Source: a virus
Taxonomy: Duplodnaviria > Caudoviricetes
Direction: 5' to 3' (one strand)
IMG/VR virus record: IMGVR_UViG_3300033121_002338
Location: 19,342-83,341 of that record
Length of the DNA: 64,000 nucleotides
Shown here: positions 26,201 through 35,343 of the stretch, piece after piece
Numbering within the stretch: position 1 is the first letter of the stretch
Layout: the number at the start of each line of letters is the position of its first letter
Position numbers and translations under genes: made by a program
Notes under the pieces: generated by a model
Databases searched by the model: none
The model's input: the letters and a program-made list of their open reading frames with translations, nothing else
Told to the model about the DNA's origin: nothing

Positions 26201-27580
26201 CTGGAGAATATGAAAATAGCCCTGGCGGGTGTGCTGGCTTCCCTGTCCGACCTGGCTCAGATGGCTGGCCCGCTTGGGGACACTGGGGCCGCGTTGGTTA
26301 CGGCGTCCGGGTGGCTGGTGCAGGCATCTGGTCTTCTGTTGGTCGCCGGCCAGCAATTTACGGCTGGTGGCCTAGCGTTACACGATGGCAGTCGGGTGAT
26401 GAATCAGGCCCTAGCCGAATTAAATGGGATCGGGGCTTTGTCGTTACTGGGTGGGTTGGTCTTGCTGGCCGGCACTACGGTTCTGGTGGCGGCGTCGGCC
26501 CAGGTGGCGGTGGCCGGCAGCCTGCTGTTGGCTGGTGGTGCTGGCCTGCTGGTTGGTGCCCGGTCGATGGCAGAAGCGGTTAACTCATTCTCCGGGATCG
26601 ACTCCGACTTGGTTGCGGTCGGGGCTACTTTGCTGGCTGGGGCCGGTGCCCTTCTCGGCGGTTCTGCTTTGCTTGCGGTTGTTTCCGGGATGATCGCCAG
26701 TTCGGCTGGGTCGCTGTCCGGTGCGGCGACTCAACTTCTGGGGATGCATCGTCCTCTGGCGGAGGCCGGTTTGGTCCTGGCTGGTGTGGGTGGCCAGATT
26801 TTGGCGGCTAGCATGGAAATGGCGCTGGCCGGCCAAGCGTTATTGCCGGCGTCTATTATGATCTATTTGGGGATGAACTGGTTAGACCAGGCGGTTAGTC
26901 GATTCCGTCGTTCTACCGACTCGGTGAAGCAGGTGAGTCTGGCTCTGGCCTCATTTGCCCTTTCTTTCCAGGTTTTGAGTGTCACTCCGATGGGTGGCTT
27001 CAGGTCGTTGGTGGACGAGGCTTTGCAGTTATCCCCAAATATTGCTAAAATCGGGGTTGAATTGTTGCGGGCTTCGGATCAATTGAAGGCCGGGGTCGAT
27101 GCCTTTGAGGCGCCGGCGAACCGCCTCGACCAGGTTCTGTCCAAACTCACGAATTCGATGGCCCGGACGAACGATGGGTTGAAGATGGCTGAGAATATCG
27201 GCATGGCGGCCGATTACTTTAATAATTATGCCGGCTTGATGGAGAATGCTGCGGAGCGGATTGACGCTGCTATTTTGACTAAGGCTTTGCCGGCTATGAG
27301 AGCGGCGGAGAAGTCGGGTTTAGAAGAGACAGTTAAGGCCCAGACGATTAATACTGTCCAGATTCTCGATAAGCGTGAAGGGGACAACACCGCCGATCGG
27401 GATGAGAGCGTTGAGCTGTTGGGTCGTCTGGCCGCTACCATGGACAAGATCGAGAGCAAACTCGACGGTATCGGCACCAATAACGGCATGAAAGATCTGT
27501 TGGATATCCTGCGTTCCTATCTGCCGAACATGGTTGGGTCAGGCCAGAGTCTTGGTAGCGACCTGAACAACTGGAGGTAA
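23252..27580 (+). CDS. Tape measure protein, 1442 aa
   Basis: Long helical Ala/Leu/Gly-rich ORF with a hydrophobic central block, upstream of baseplate genes. Confidence 0.9.
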   Translation: MRSDPSVYALSVQLSLESQAAFASLDTFSDKVVQIESQVASAAKEAIASITAITTEANKALLDFSQSFQGIDSTTVKINTNLAEASKELQTHLDNSDDRLKDGKKEFKQKQEIKEILEEFSDILESHHVQWKGFYDLTGKIIEAVKKKNLGHKEQNKLLTNDVELAGAFGSATDRNTGLLNDQGRVVGQNNLTWASIWNWIQRSSEATERFVATNYRAYGSQSDLLANARALGIANGIMSQQTLEAYAVMGNLKVPREELDKYADIVAKTSRATQVGIGQAGEYANRLRVVGLSLPQVERQLVHITEAMRKFGLSTHDVQNLMAGSSVELLKLKNAFGGSAEQMIKLEEGRFIMAGLGKQIGLGSEGARDFYNWITRDYEALARFGAFAGMAIKSAEDLNQAQIKAGVRLEQEMTAREELVKTGKMSIQVAQAYNNAIRDSFYGGSDAAMLTSREFGKVAKQLGLTGSSADEFNRIMERVNQNIKDPFSEANRSFIAQWRLLSDRFWTVTDAIGALVGDALMPLLQALNWTITQAFAVGQAFADVIHWLEQIPGLGYVITYFKWTAKAIAAVAIALVVLTAAAVSFMGVFGSIGGLFARLAMGMQFALNFILNLASVVGQGIVILLTSIGQGFLALGNLVRSVTVPLLALGAALLMAGGGAYLFALGVRTVAEVGWAAIPAMLGLIAAVAVLGVVLVGIATLIQGPIAVGMVVLGATLLMIGAGAWLAGQGLAAAGAGLTAIAGVMSFELLTFLGGLGIAVVALGAASLIGAPGIVALSVALSALGLALRLVVWPMETLMAVAAKFMGGVEKLAVAIGFVMTGLVGGIKDLAAVSPLLVFAATAILAGGLAMIPAAIALTAAGTMLLPGSILMAQVGRFIEVGGQSLLAGSPLLAAGAQQLQAAVNALWDVNGLFKSASLLLPGAAVLVKLGAAILLGGKGVAAGSAALFVGTERLRDVAGLFQGVAATLGALAPLAVSLPASLENMKIALAGVLASLSDLAQMAGPLGDTGAALVTASGWLVQASGLLLVAGQQFTAGGLALHDGSRVMNQALAELNGIGALSLLGGLVLLAGTTVLVAASAQVAVAGSLLLAGGAGLLVGARSMAEAVNSFSGIDSDLVAVGATLLAGAGALLGGSALLAVVSGMIASSAGSLSGAATQLLGMHRPLAEAGLVLAGVGGQILAASMEMALAGQALLPASIMIYLGMNWLDQAVSRFRRSTDSVKQVSLALASFALSFQVLSVTPMGGFRSLVDEALQLSPNIAKIGVELLRASDQLKAGVDAFEAPANRLDQVLSKLTNSMARTNDGLKMAENIGMAADYFNNYAGLMENAAERIDAAILTKALPAMRAAEKSGLEETVKAQTINTVQILDKREGDNTADRDESVELLGRLAATMDKIESKLDGIGTNNGMKDLLDILRSYLPNMVGSGQSLGSDLNNWR

Positions 27581-27581
27581 G

Positions 27582-28178
27582 ATGCCGGCTGAATACACAG
27601 ACTGGGACACCAGGCTGGCCAGCGACGCACTCTTTGAGTTTAAAGTCGGTGCTTCCAGGGTGCCGCTTGCCCTGCAGTATCCCCCTGTGGTCCTGAGCGA
27701 CGTGCGTAAAGCGGAGTGGAATGCCGGGGCCGACAAGCCCCTCCCGGGCAACGAACCGATTGCCATCTTCGCCTCGACTGGTGCTCGCGAACTTGCCATT
27801 AGGATTACCTATATTGTTGACGGCGGGTTGTGGACGACCAGGAAGGTGGCCGAACAGGTCCGTTTGGTCCGCGGATACTATTCGCGCGCTGGCACACAAC
27901 TGCAAAAACGGGAAGAATTGGTTGTTAACTTTAAGTTGTGGGCGGTCGGCGGTTCAGAATTAATCTCAGCCAGGCTCAAGTCAGTTGACATCAAGCATAG
28001 TGAGACTATCGTAGCTCCAAATGATGGATTGGGGAGTGCTGTGCCGGATACCGATGAAGCTTACTTTCTTAAGACCGACATTACCCTTGACCTGGCGATC
28101 TGGACCAAGGGCACCAAGGATGCTCCGACCGCCCAGGACATTCCTGAATTGTCATTTCTTACCCCTGATTGGTTTTAA
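27582..28178 (+). CDS. Tube initiator/baseplate centre protein (gp48/gp54 or CIS-tube-like)
   Basis: QYPP...GNEPIAIFASTGARELAIRITY; position after the tape measure. Confidence 0.55.
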   Translation: MPAEYTDWDTRLASDALFEFKVGASRVPLALQYPPVVLSDVRKAEWNAGADKPLPGNEPIAIFASTGARELAIRITYIVDGGLWTTRKVAEQVRLVRGYYSRAGTQLQKREELVVNFKLWAVGGSELISARLKSVDIKHSETIVAPNDGLGSAVPDTDEAYFLKTDITLDLAIWTKGTKDAPTAQDIPELSFLTPDWF

Positions 28179-28492
28179 TCATGCAAGAGGACGATTTCTC
28201 CAGGTTCAGAACCACCGAGATGACCATTCTCGATGGCAAGGAAACTTTTGGTCGATGGAAACCCCCATCCTTTCTGGTCGAGAGGCCCGCTGAAGAGAAC
28301 ATAAGTGTCTTCAGAGTCAACAGTTCGTTTGAGGGTCGCCCCGATCTGATTAGCGATCAGGTTTATGGGACCCCGCTGCTGGACTGGGTTATCATAGCTT
28401 TTAATAATGTCCGCGATCCAATGAATTGGCCGCAGAGTGGATCGGTCATTGAATATCCGTCGGACACTATTGTGTTGCCTGAACTCCTCTAG
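28169..28492 (+). CDS. Baseplate wedge protein (gp53-like, LysM-like)
   Basis: GRPDLISDQVYGTPLLDWVIIAFNNVRDPMNWP. Confidence 0.75.
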   Translation: MVLIMQEDDFSRFRTTEMTILDGKETFGRWKPPSFLVERPAEENISVFRVNSSFEGRPDLISDQVYGTPLLDWVIIAFNNVRDPMNWPQSGSVIEYPSDTIVLPELL

Positions 28493-28555
28493 GATGCGTT
28501 CTGACTTTTCTGTCAGTTAAATAGTTAGACTCCATTCGATGGTCCAGGTGCTGCG

Positions 28556-30757
28556 ATGGCTGATGCTGATACCGTCTGGCGGAAATTCTTTGACCATCGC
28601 ACCAAGCCACTTTGGGAGCGTTTCCCTGGCAGCTATCGGGCGTTGGTGGTGGAAACGAATGACCCGCTGGTGATGGGTCGGGTTAGGTTTAAGTGCCCGG
28701 ATATGCATGACTTTTCGATGTCTGCTTCAGAGTGCCCGTGGGCGGTTCCCGCTTTTGAGTTGGGCGGGCCGAGGTCCGGCCGTTTTGTGCACCCTTGTAT
28801 CGGAGACTGGGTCTGGATCTCTTTCGAGCGTCAGCAGCCGTACGGGCCAATCTGGACCGGCTTTGCGAATCCGACCAGGCGTAAATTTTACCCATATCCG
28901 TCTGTGCATCAGGTCACACCGTTGAGTGTGAATGAAGAGGGTAAACCGGCCGACAAGCCAGACGATTACGATGCTGATTACTTGCCTAAGGATGGCCGAC
29001 CGATGGCCCACGGGTGGGCCGACCGTTATGGCAACCTTGATATTAGTTCTTCTGTTGGTTTTTTCCCGGAAGAGCACAAAGACCCACCACCGCCTCCGGA
29101 CCACGACGCCATCCAACGGTCTAATTTCGACCAACGCCAGAGCCCGCCGGAGGTCAACTCCCCAGACAAGAAGTACATGGTCAGGGCCACCAAATATGGC
29201 TCGATCTTCATAATGTCAGACCAGGGTTATCATTGGAAGAAAGAGGGGGGCAAGGGGGAATTCATCGGGAGTTTCAAGAAGGACGAACAGTTCGAGATCA
29301 AGCGTTGGAAATCCTTGCAGAAATTCCTGAATGAAGGCGAGCCGAAAGGCGACCATCGCCGGATCGGCCTGGTCAGCCGGTATGGTTCTAAATTCGAGAT
29401 GCGTGACACCGGTTGGGCACAAGAGGGACCGGTCTCCTCCAAGTCCCGGCCGGACGAATTTGGGCCACCCCAGACCCTTTCGTCGGAGAACAAGGCTGAT
29501 CTGCGGTGGATTAAATTGCGGACTAAGGGCGGGATGCTGCTGCAGGCCTACGACAAAGGCTTCCATCCCAATGACGATAAATTCGTCAAACGGCGGATCA
29601 ACGACGAGATGGGGGTGCGGTCGGAACAGGAGGACAAATACTGGGGTAACAAGGACGCCCGCTGGATCAGGGTTGTGACCAGATATGGCATCAAGATTGT
29701 CCTGGATGACCGCGGTTCCGACGACAAGAACGCCGACAAGCGCGAAGCCCCACACGGTAACGGGGTGCTCATTAAGGGGAGGCGTTCGCCATCGGTGAAA
29801 GCGGAGCCGAAGACCGGCAACCCACGGGGCTTCTACTTCGAATTCAATGAGAACGATAAGGCTAACCACTCCTCGTGGGGGAGTCCCATGGGGCAGTCGA
29901 TCGAGATGAACGATCGTTATCAGTATATGATGATGGCAGTATCGTTGGGGCGGAAATGGGCGTCGAAATTTAAGGGGTTAAAAGAGAATGAGTTTATCCG
30001 CAAGCCGATGATGTTAAAGGACCCGGAGAAGTCAGCTTACCACTTAAAACTCGACCATGATAACGAGTATCTGAGGTTAAAAACTCGTGGCGGTCGGGGG
30101 CCACGAGCGATGTCGCCGTCGAACCCGTCGGGGGTGCGTAAGAAAGAACTGCAACAGGGTCTGGAGGCCCGCGACGGCAACAAGGGGGACGGGCCGTGGG
30201 TTGAATTGGTTGATTCACAACACCGGGGCTTTTGGTGGTCCAAATTCGAACAGTTGGGGGTGTGGAGAGCCAAAAAGGGCCGCAAGATGTACCAATGGTT
30301 TGATGACCGCCAGCGACAGATTGTGATCTATAATAATGAATCAAACGGCACCATCGAGATCTATGCGAACAGCAAAGTGAATATTATCGCGAAACGCGAT
30401 GTCCATCTAAACGCTGATCGCAATATCACCATGCACGCCGGCCGTTCGATCCGTATGGAAGCTGGTGGCACCAGGCTCACCATAAACAGTTCCGGTGTGC
30501 ATACCAATAAGAATTACTACGGGCGGCGGATTTTCGCTCAAATTTGCCAGTTGCGGATTAGGCTGAGTGGTAGGGGTTGTAAATGCCGAGCCACCATTGT
30601 TGGGCAGGGGTGCCAACGCCCTGGTGGGGTTAGGGTCGCTCCACAGGATTCACCAACTCTACCCAATCAGCTAGAACCCACCGACCGCGGCCAAACTTAC
30701 AACGAACCGTTTGAAGAGTGTCCGGTTGATGAAGTAGAACACCCGACTGGTGCTTGA
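28556..30757 (+). CDS. Central spike protein (gp5/VgrG-like)
   Basis: OB-fold YRALVVETNDPLVMGRVRFKCP...PCIGDWVWISFE; beta-repeat C-terminal half. Confidence 0.85.
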   Translation: MADADTVWRKFFDHRTKPLWERFPGSYRALVVETNDPLVMGRVRFKCPDMHDFSMSASECPWAVPAFELGGPRSGRFVHPCIGDWVWISFERQQPYGPIWTGFANPTRRKFYPYPSVHQVTPLSVNEEGKPADKPDDYDADYLPKDGRPMAHGWADRYGNLDISSSVGFFPEEHKDPPPPPDHDAIQRSNFDQRQSPPEVNSPDKKYMVRATKYGSIFIMSDQGYHWKKEGGKGEFIGSFKKDEQFEIKRWKSLQKFLNEGEPKGDHRRIGLVSRYGSKFEMRDTGWAQEGPVSSKSRPDEFGPPQTLSSENKADLRWIKLRTKGGMLLQAYDKGFHPNDDKFVKRRINDEMGVRSEQEDKYWGNKDARWIRVVTRYGIKIVLDDRGSDDKNADKREAPHGNGVLIKGRRSPSVKAEPKTGNPRGFYFEFNENDKANHSSWGSPMGQSIEMNDRYQYMMMAVSLGRKWASKFKGLKENEFIRKPMMLKDPEKSAYHLKLDHDNEYLRLKTRGGRGPRAMSPSNPSGVRKKELQQGLEARDGNKGDGPWVELVDSQHRGFWWSKFEQLGVWRAKKGRKMYQWFDDRQRQIVIYNNESNGTIEIYANSKVNIIAKRDVHLNADRNITMHAGRSIRMEAGGTRLTINSSGVHTNKNYYGRRIFAQICQLRIRLSGRGCKCRATIVGQGCQRPGGVRVAPQDSPTLPNQLEPTDRGQTYNEPFEECPVDEVEHPTGA

Positions 30758-31476
30758 TGATCATCCGATTCTCGACTGGCCTGTACAAAAGCGTTCTGCC
30801 ATCCACTCCGCAGGATGCTGGTAATATTACATTCGTTATCAGCAACACTACCCCACCCCGCACCAATCTGGTTTTTCCTAAGATTCCTGCTGGTCTGGCT
30901 GACCTTGGCCGTTTCCATGACCAGCCACTGAGTGGTTTAGATAATCGGCGCTTTCTCGGCGAATTGATCTTTAACGTCTCGGCCGCCAGGCGATCACTCA
31001 CCGGCAACAACTCCAAGCAGTATGAGATCGGTCAGGTCCTGGAATTCACCGACGTGGATAACAAGACGGTTGAACCGATGCTGGTCAACCAGGTCACGCA
31101 GATCCAGCACAACACCAATGTGCTTGACTACGAAGCGATGGGGATCACTGGTGAGGAGCAAGATCTCATTGCTAGTGAATCATTTAGGATGCTGGCTGAG
31201 TTGACAGATCAACTCAATGCCGCTAAGCAGCTCCGGGCCGATGCCGAGATTAAAGTGAATCTTCAACAGAAGATCGTCAACGAGACCACCAAGACTATCG
31301 AAGCGCTGTCGGTGATCGGTGGTGCTGGGCTGGGGCCGCTGTTGGATAAACTGCGGGATACCCGTCAGTCGGCTTTCGCGGCCAGGGACGCGGCTATTGT
31401 CGAGGCCAATGACGCTGCTGCTGCCGCCGATGTGCTTGTGGGTAAGCTTCGTACCGTAGCCACCATTGTGAAATAA
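30754..31476 (+). CDS. Hypothetical protein with coiled-coil C-terminus
   Basis: 240 aa; overlaps the spike gene by 4 nt. Confidence 0.6.
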   Translation: MMIIRFSTGLYKSVLPSTPQDAGNITFVISNTTPPRTNLVFPKIPAGLADLGRFHDQPLSGLDNRRFLGELIFNVSAARRSLTGNNSKQYEIGQVLEFTDVDNKTVEPMLVNQVTQIQHNTNVLDYEAMGITGEEQDLIASESFRMLAELTDQLNAAKQLRADAEIKVNLQQKIVNETTKTIEALSVIGGAGLGPLLDKLRDTRQSAFAARDAAIVEANDAAAAADVLVGKLRTVATIVK

Positions 31477-31477
31477 A

Positions 31478-31870
31478 ATGGCTAAGAGCAAAGCAACGTT
31501 CTATGGGGTGAACCCGCCATTTATTGGCGGTCCGCAGAATGTCTTATCAAGACAAGAGGACGATCGGTTAATCAAGAATGATATTCTCCAGTTGCTTTTG
31601 ACTGTGCCGGGTGAGCGGGTGATGCGGCCGTCATACGGAGTGCACCTGCGGTCCTTTGTGTTTGAGTTGGCCACCGACTCTGCGATCGCCGGTCTTCGCA
31701 GTGAGATTATTAATGCCCTCGGGACCTATGAGCCGCGGGTTAATGTGGAGAGTGTGGATATCGAGCGTGACGACGACCGTGGTGGGATTGCTATTCAGAT
31801 TGTTGTGAGCCTGAAAAAAGACATGCGGCGACTAATTACGATTGATTATTTCTTGGCTGGTCGGACTTAA
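31478..31870 (+). CDS. Baseplate wedge subunit (gp25-like)
   Basis: IKNDILQLLLTVPGERVMRPSYG...INALGTYEPRV. Confidence 0.9.
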   Translation: MAKSKATFYGVNPPFIGGPQNVLSRQEDDRLIKNDILQLLLTVPGERVMRPSYGVHLRSFVFELATDSAIAGLRSEIINALGTYEPRVNVESVDIERDDDRGGIAIQIVVSLKKDMRRLITIDYFLAGRT

Positions 31871-31883
31871 TTGAGAGAACATA

Positions 31884-33500
31884 ATGGCCGATAGCCCCGA
31901 GACACTATTTGATCTTCCTAATACTCCGGATGAATTCGGTGTTGTTTTACCGCCACCGAATCTGAGGCGTTTGGATTTTTCTGGGCTAGATTTTACGACC
32001 GCCAGGCGGGCGATGGTTGAGTATCTTAAGACCTATTATCCAGATGACTTTAACGATTTCGTTGCCAGCAACGGCTTGATGATGCTAATGGAGTTGGTGG
32101 CGGCGACCACTGGTAAATTGTCGTTGCGCAGTGATATTCTGGCCCAGGAGGGCACACTGCCAACCAGCCGGACCGAGGAAGCGGTGGTTAACCATCTGGC
32201 TTTGATCAACCAGAGGATCAAACGTCAGACTCCGGCCGTGACAGATGTTGAAGCGAGTGTAGACCAGCCTACGTTCACCGACATAGAAATCGATGCCGGA
32301 ACTGCCTTCAGTACCAATGGCCCGGACGGAGCACAGATCACCTATGAAATCTATCGGGCGCCTGGGGATTGGACTAGCAAAATTGTGATCCCCGCTGGCA
32401 AACGTGGTGTGATTTGTTATGGGCTTGAGGGGCGGTTAGCCACACCGGTGGTGGTCTTTAGTGCCGGCGGACCGAACCAGGTGTACACAGTCCAAGATGA
32501 TGCGATCTTGGAATCGCCTATTTTCGTTGACGTGACTGTCGGTAGCACGGCAGAGCCTTGGAAGGTGATTAACGAGCCCATCGAACGTTATGGTTCTACT
32601 GACAAGGTTGTTGAAGTCATTTTTGTGGACAATCGGGCGAAATTTCGTTTTGGTGATGACGTGACCGGTCAGGCGCCGGTGTCCGGTTCTAGTATCAGCT
32701 TCCGTTATCGGGTCGGTGGCGGTAGTCGTGGGCGGGTGGGTGTTGGGCAGGTAGACGCGACTAGACAACTGACCCCCCTGCCGCCGGCCAACGCGGCGGT
32801 CTCGGTTCGCTTTCGGAACATCACGCCGTCGTCCGGCGGGACCGACCGGGAGAGCATTGAGGCGGCCAAGCGGCGCGCCCCCCGCGATTTTGCCCTCCAG
32901 CGCTCGATTGTGACTGCGGAGGACTACGCACAGGCCGCCAGCACCTTTAGTCACCCAGTTTTTGGTGCGGTGTTGAAGGCTCTGGCCACGATCAGGACTG
33001 GTAGGAACGCTAACCAAGTTGAGATCTACACGCTTGCAGAAGGGCCGGATGGGTTGCCGGTGGCGCCGAATGCAGGGCTTAAAGCAGGGTTAGTCACCTA
33101 TTTTAATGACCTGAATGTGGTGACTGATAGTGTGGTGGTGCTGGACGGGGCGCTGAAGGCGATTGACGTTGAGATGACGGTGATCGTTAACCGGAACGTT
33201 GACGCTTCGGTGGTTAAAGAGAAGGTAGAAGCGGCGATCACCGATTTCTTTAACCTTGATAATTGGGATATGGGTGGCCCATTCTATTACTCTAATTTTA
33301 TTGAGGCAATTAAAAAAGTTGACGGTGTTGCGTACGTGGATTTATTTAAACCGTCCGGCAATATTTTGCCGACCTCAGCGATCGCCAATCCAGATGAGCC
33401 GACCGGCGTTGGCTTTAATGAGTTGATTGTCGAAGGAAGTCGCAAGATCAGCTATTACTATGAGAAGAATCCACCTCCAAGCGGCGTGAGAGGTCGTTAA
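31884..33500 (+). CDS. Baseplate wedge protein (gp6/baseplate J-like)
   Basis: LDFTTARRAMVEYLKTYYPDDFNDF, FRFGDDVTG, SGGTDRESIE, RSIVTAEDY. Confidence 0.9.
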   Translation: MADSPETLFDLPNTPDEFGVVLPPPNLRRLDFSGLDFTTARRAMVEYLKTYYPDDFNDFVASNGLMMLMELVAATTGKLSLRSDILAQEGTLPTSRTEEAVVNHLALINQRIKRQTPAVTDVEASVDQPTFTDIEIDAGTAFSTNGPDGAQITYEIYRAPGDWTSKIVIPAGKRGVICYGLEGRLATPVVVFSAGGPNQVYTVQDDAILESPIFVDVTVGSTAEPWKVINEPIERYGSTDKVVEVIFVDNRAKFRFGDDVTGQAPVSGSSISFRYRVGGGSRGRVGVGQVDATRQLTPLPPANAAVSVRFRNITPSSGGTDRESIEAAKRRAPRDFALQRSIVTAEDYAQAASTFSHPVFGAVLKALATIRTGRNANQVEIYTLAEGPDGLPVAPNAGLKAGLVTYFNDLNVVTDSVVVLDGALKAIDVEMTVIVNRNVDASVVKEKVEAAITDFFNLDNWDMGGPFYYSNFIEAIKKVDGVAYVDLFKPSGNILPTSAIANPDEPTGVGFNELIVEGSRKISYYYEKNPPPSGVRGR

Positions 33501-33934
33501 TGGACTGGACAGCCAAAGTTTGGGGCCGGACCAGAGAATTGGTCCATAGCCCGTTCTATTCCAAACATGAGCTGGAGGTGCTGGTTGGGGGGTTCTGTTC
33601 CCTCCATTATCACCGGCAACGTGCGAATCGTTTCTTAATCCTGTCTGGTGTAATAGAAATCGTTGAGATGTTCGGGCCTGTGATTTCCAGGAGAAAGTTG
33701 GGTCCCGAAAATACTTATGACATTCCTTCACTGGTGCCGCACTTATTCATAGTCCATCAACCTGGCATAGTGATAGAAGAATATTATCCTGACCGCGGTG
33801 GCGTGGTCGCCCGTGATGATATTGTGCGGATAGTGGAGGGTGGTCTGGTGCAAGCCGATAAACTTCATGAGTTGCCGGAATGTCTGCTATCCACCCCGAA
33901 CTTGATGGTCAGGTCATTCGGATGTGGACTATAA
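33500..33934 (+). CDS. Cupin-fold protein (sugar isomerase-like)
   Basis: KVWG...CSLHYHRQRANRFLILSG...HLFIVH. Confidence 0.7.
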   Translation: MDWTAKVWGRTRELVHSPFYSKHELEVLVGGFCSLHYHRQRANRFLILSGVIEIVEMFGPVISRRKLGPENTYDIPSLVPHLFIVHQPGIVIEEYYPDRGGVVARDDIVRIVEGGLVQADKLHELPECLLSTPNLMVRSFGCGL

Positions 33935-34269
33935 TCTATGACAATAACATAGATAAGATATATTACTTTTTTGATTGGCAGAAGATTTTACAGAGTTTGG
34001 CCGGGGCGATTAGGACCTATCTGGACGACGACGCCGCTTCCCAAGAGATCATCGACGGCCTGTTAGAGGCCATGGCCACTGACCACGGCCGGCCAATCAT
34101 CCCACTTACGATGAGCCGCGGCAAAGACAAGGTCCTCGATATCACCATCTATCGGTGGGAATTCGATCGTTTCACACCGCTATTTTCGGTATTAAATAAA
34201 TGCTATCAGCTTGGCGATGATGCTCTTCGCCTAGAGATCATGGGTCTGCTTTCTAACAGTCAGAGGTAG
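33880..34269 (+). CDS. Hypothetical protein
   Basis: 129-aa ORF between the cupin gene and pyrF. Confidence 0.5.
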   Translation: MSAIHPELDGQVIRMWTIIYDNNIDKIYYFFDWQKILQSLAGAIRTYLDDDAASQEIIDGLLEAMATDHGRPIIPLTMSRGKDKVLDITIYRWEFDRFTPLFSVLNKCYQLGDDALRLEIMGLLSNSQR

Positions 34270-34273
34270 GATC

Positions 34274-35038
34274 ATGAAGGATCGTCTGATGGTGGCGCTC
34301 GATGTGCCAGATGTGTCGAGCGCCCTAGTTGTTATTGAACAGACCCACCAGCACGTGGGTTGGTACAAAATCGGCCTTGAATTAATCGCCTCTCAGAACG
34401 CCGACAAGGTTCTCGGTTGGGTCAAGAAACACGAAGCCCGTGCTTTCTTTGATATTAAACTGAACGATATCCCCACTACCGTCGGGCGTTCGGTCCGGGC
34501 CGCCAAGAAATTGGGGGTCGATCTAATTAACGTTCACGCCACCGCCGGCCTAGCCGCGATGAAAGCCGCCGTGGAGGAGGCCGGGGACGAAACCATGGTG
34601 GCCGCCGTCACGATTTTGACGTCGCTAGATTGTAATGACCTTGAAAAGTGTCGTTTTGACATCTCCGGCCACATGTCCGATGCGAGTGCGGTTGGTTCGT
34701 TGGTCAGTGACCTGGCTTGCCTGGCGGCTGAGGCTAAGGTGCCCGCCATCATCTGTTCGCCGCGTGACCTGCCATATCTGGTCAATGGCGGGGTGTTTGA
34801 CAAATTTGTGAAAATCACTCCGGGCGTGCGGCCGGCCTGGGCGGCTGCTAATGACCAGAAGCGGGCGATGAGCCCGGCAGACGCCATTGAGGCCGGCGCC
34901 GACAAACTGGTGGTTGGGCGGCCCATCACAGCCCCGCCGGATGGCCTTACCTGTTCTCAGGCAGCCCAGAAGATCCTGGCCGAGATCGAGGCTATGGAGG
35001 CCTCGATCAAAGAGTCTTATGTCCTGTCGTCTGTCTGA
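34274..35038 (+). CDS. pyrF: Orotidine 5'-phosphate decarboxylase
   Basis: LMVALD, WYKIG, DIKLNDIPTTV (DxKxxD), NVHA, AVTILTS, TPGVRP, DQKR, LVVGRPIT. Confidence 0.95.
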   Translation: MKDRLMVALDVPDVSSALVVIEQTHQHVGWYKIGLELIASQNADKVLGWVKKHEARAFFDIKLNDIPTTVGRSVRAAKKLGVDLINVHATAGLAAMKAAVEEAGDETMVAAVTILTSLDCNDLEKCRFDISGHMSDASAVGSLVSDLACLAAEAKVPAIICSPRDLPYLVNGGVFDKFVKITPGVRPAWAAANDQKRAMSPADAIEAGADKLVVGRPITAPPDGLTCSQAAQKILAEIEAMEASIKESYVLSSV

Positions 35039-35292
35039 AATGGATTCGGGTCAAGGCCGACGAGCAGGTCCCTGATCATTTGTTTCAGGACTTGATTGCC
35101 AAGGACGGCAGCATCGTATTCGTGCCCTCTGATAAAGATGATGGGACGATCACCTTGCGGGGAGGCGGCGATGGCAATAGCTGTCTCGATCCCGCATTGT
35201 TGGCAGGCCTCACCGAATCTATCGCTTAATTTCGTGGATAGCTCATCAAAGATGGTCTGGTTGTCGTCCCGGGGTGAACTCTCGTCAGCCAT
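35017..35292 (-). CDS. Hypothetical protein
   Basis: 91-aa ORF with GAGGAG RBS. Confidence 0.55.
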   Translation of the reverse strand: MADESSPRDDNQTIFDELSTKLSDRFGEACQQCGIETAIAIAASPQGDRPIIFIRGHEYDAAVLGNQVLKQMIRDLLVGLDPNPFQTDDRT

Positions 35293-35343
35293 TGAAGCTC
35301 CTCGTATTGCGATCTGGCTGGTTATTTAGCGGGGGGCCGAAAA

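Noticed and set aside
775-33500. Extracellular contractile injection system or tailocin locus
   Set aside because: Portal, terminase, prohead protease, primase and RNR show a complete phage.
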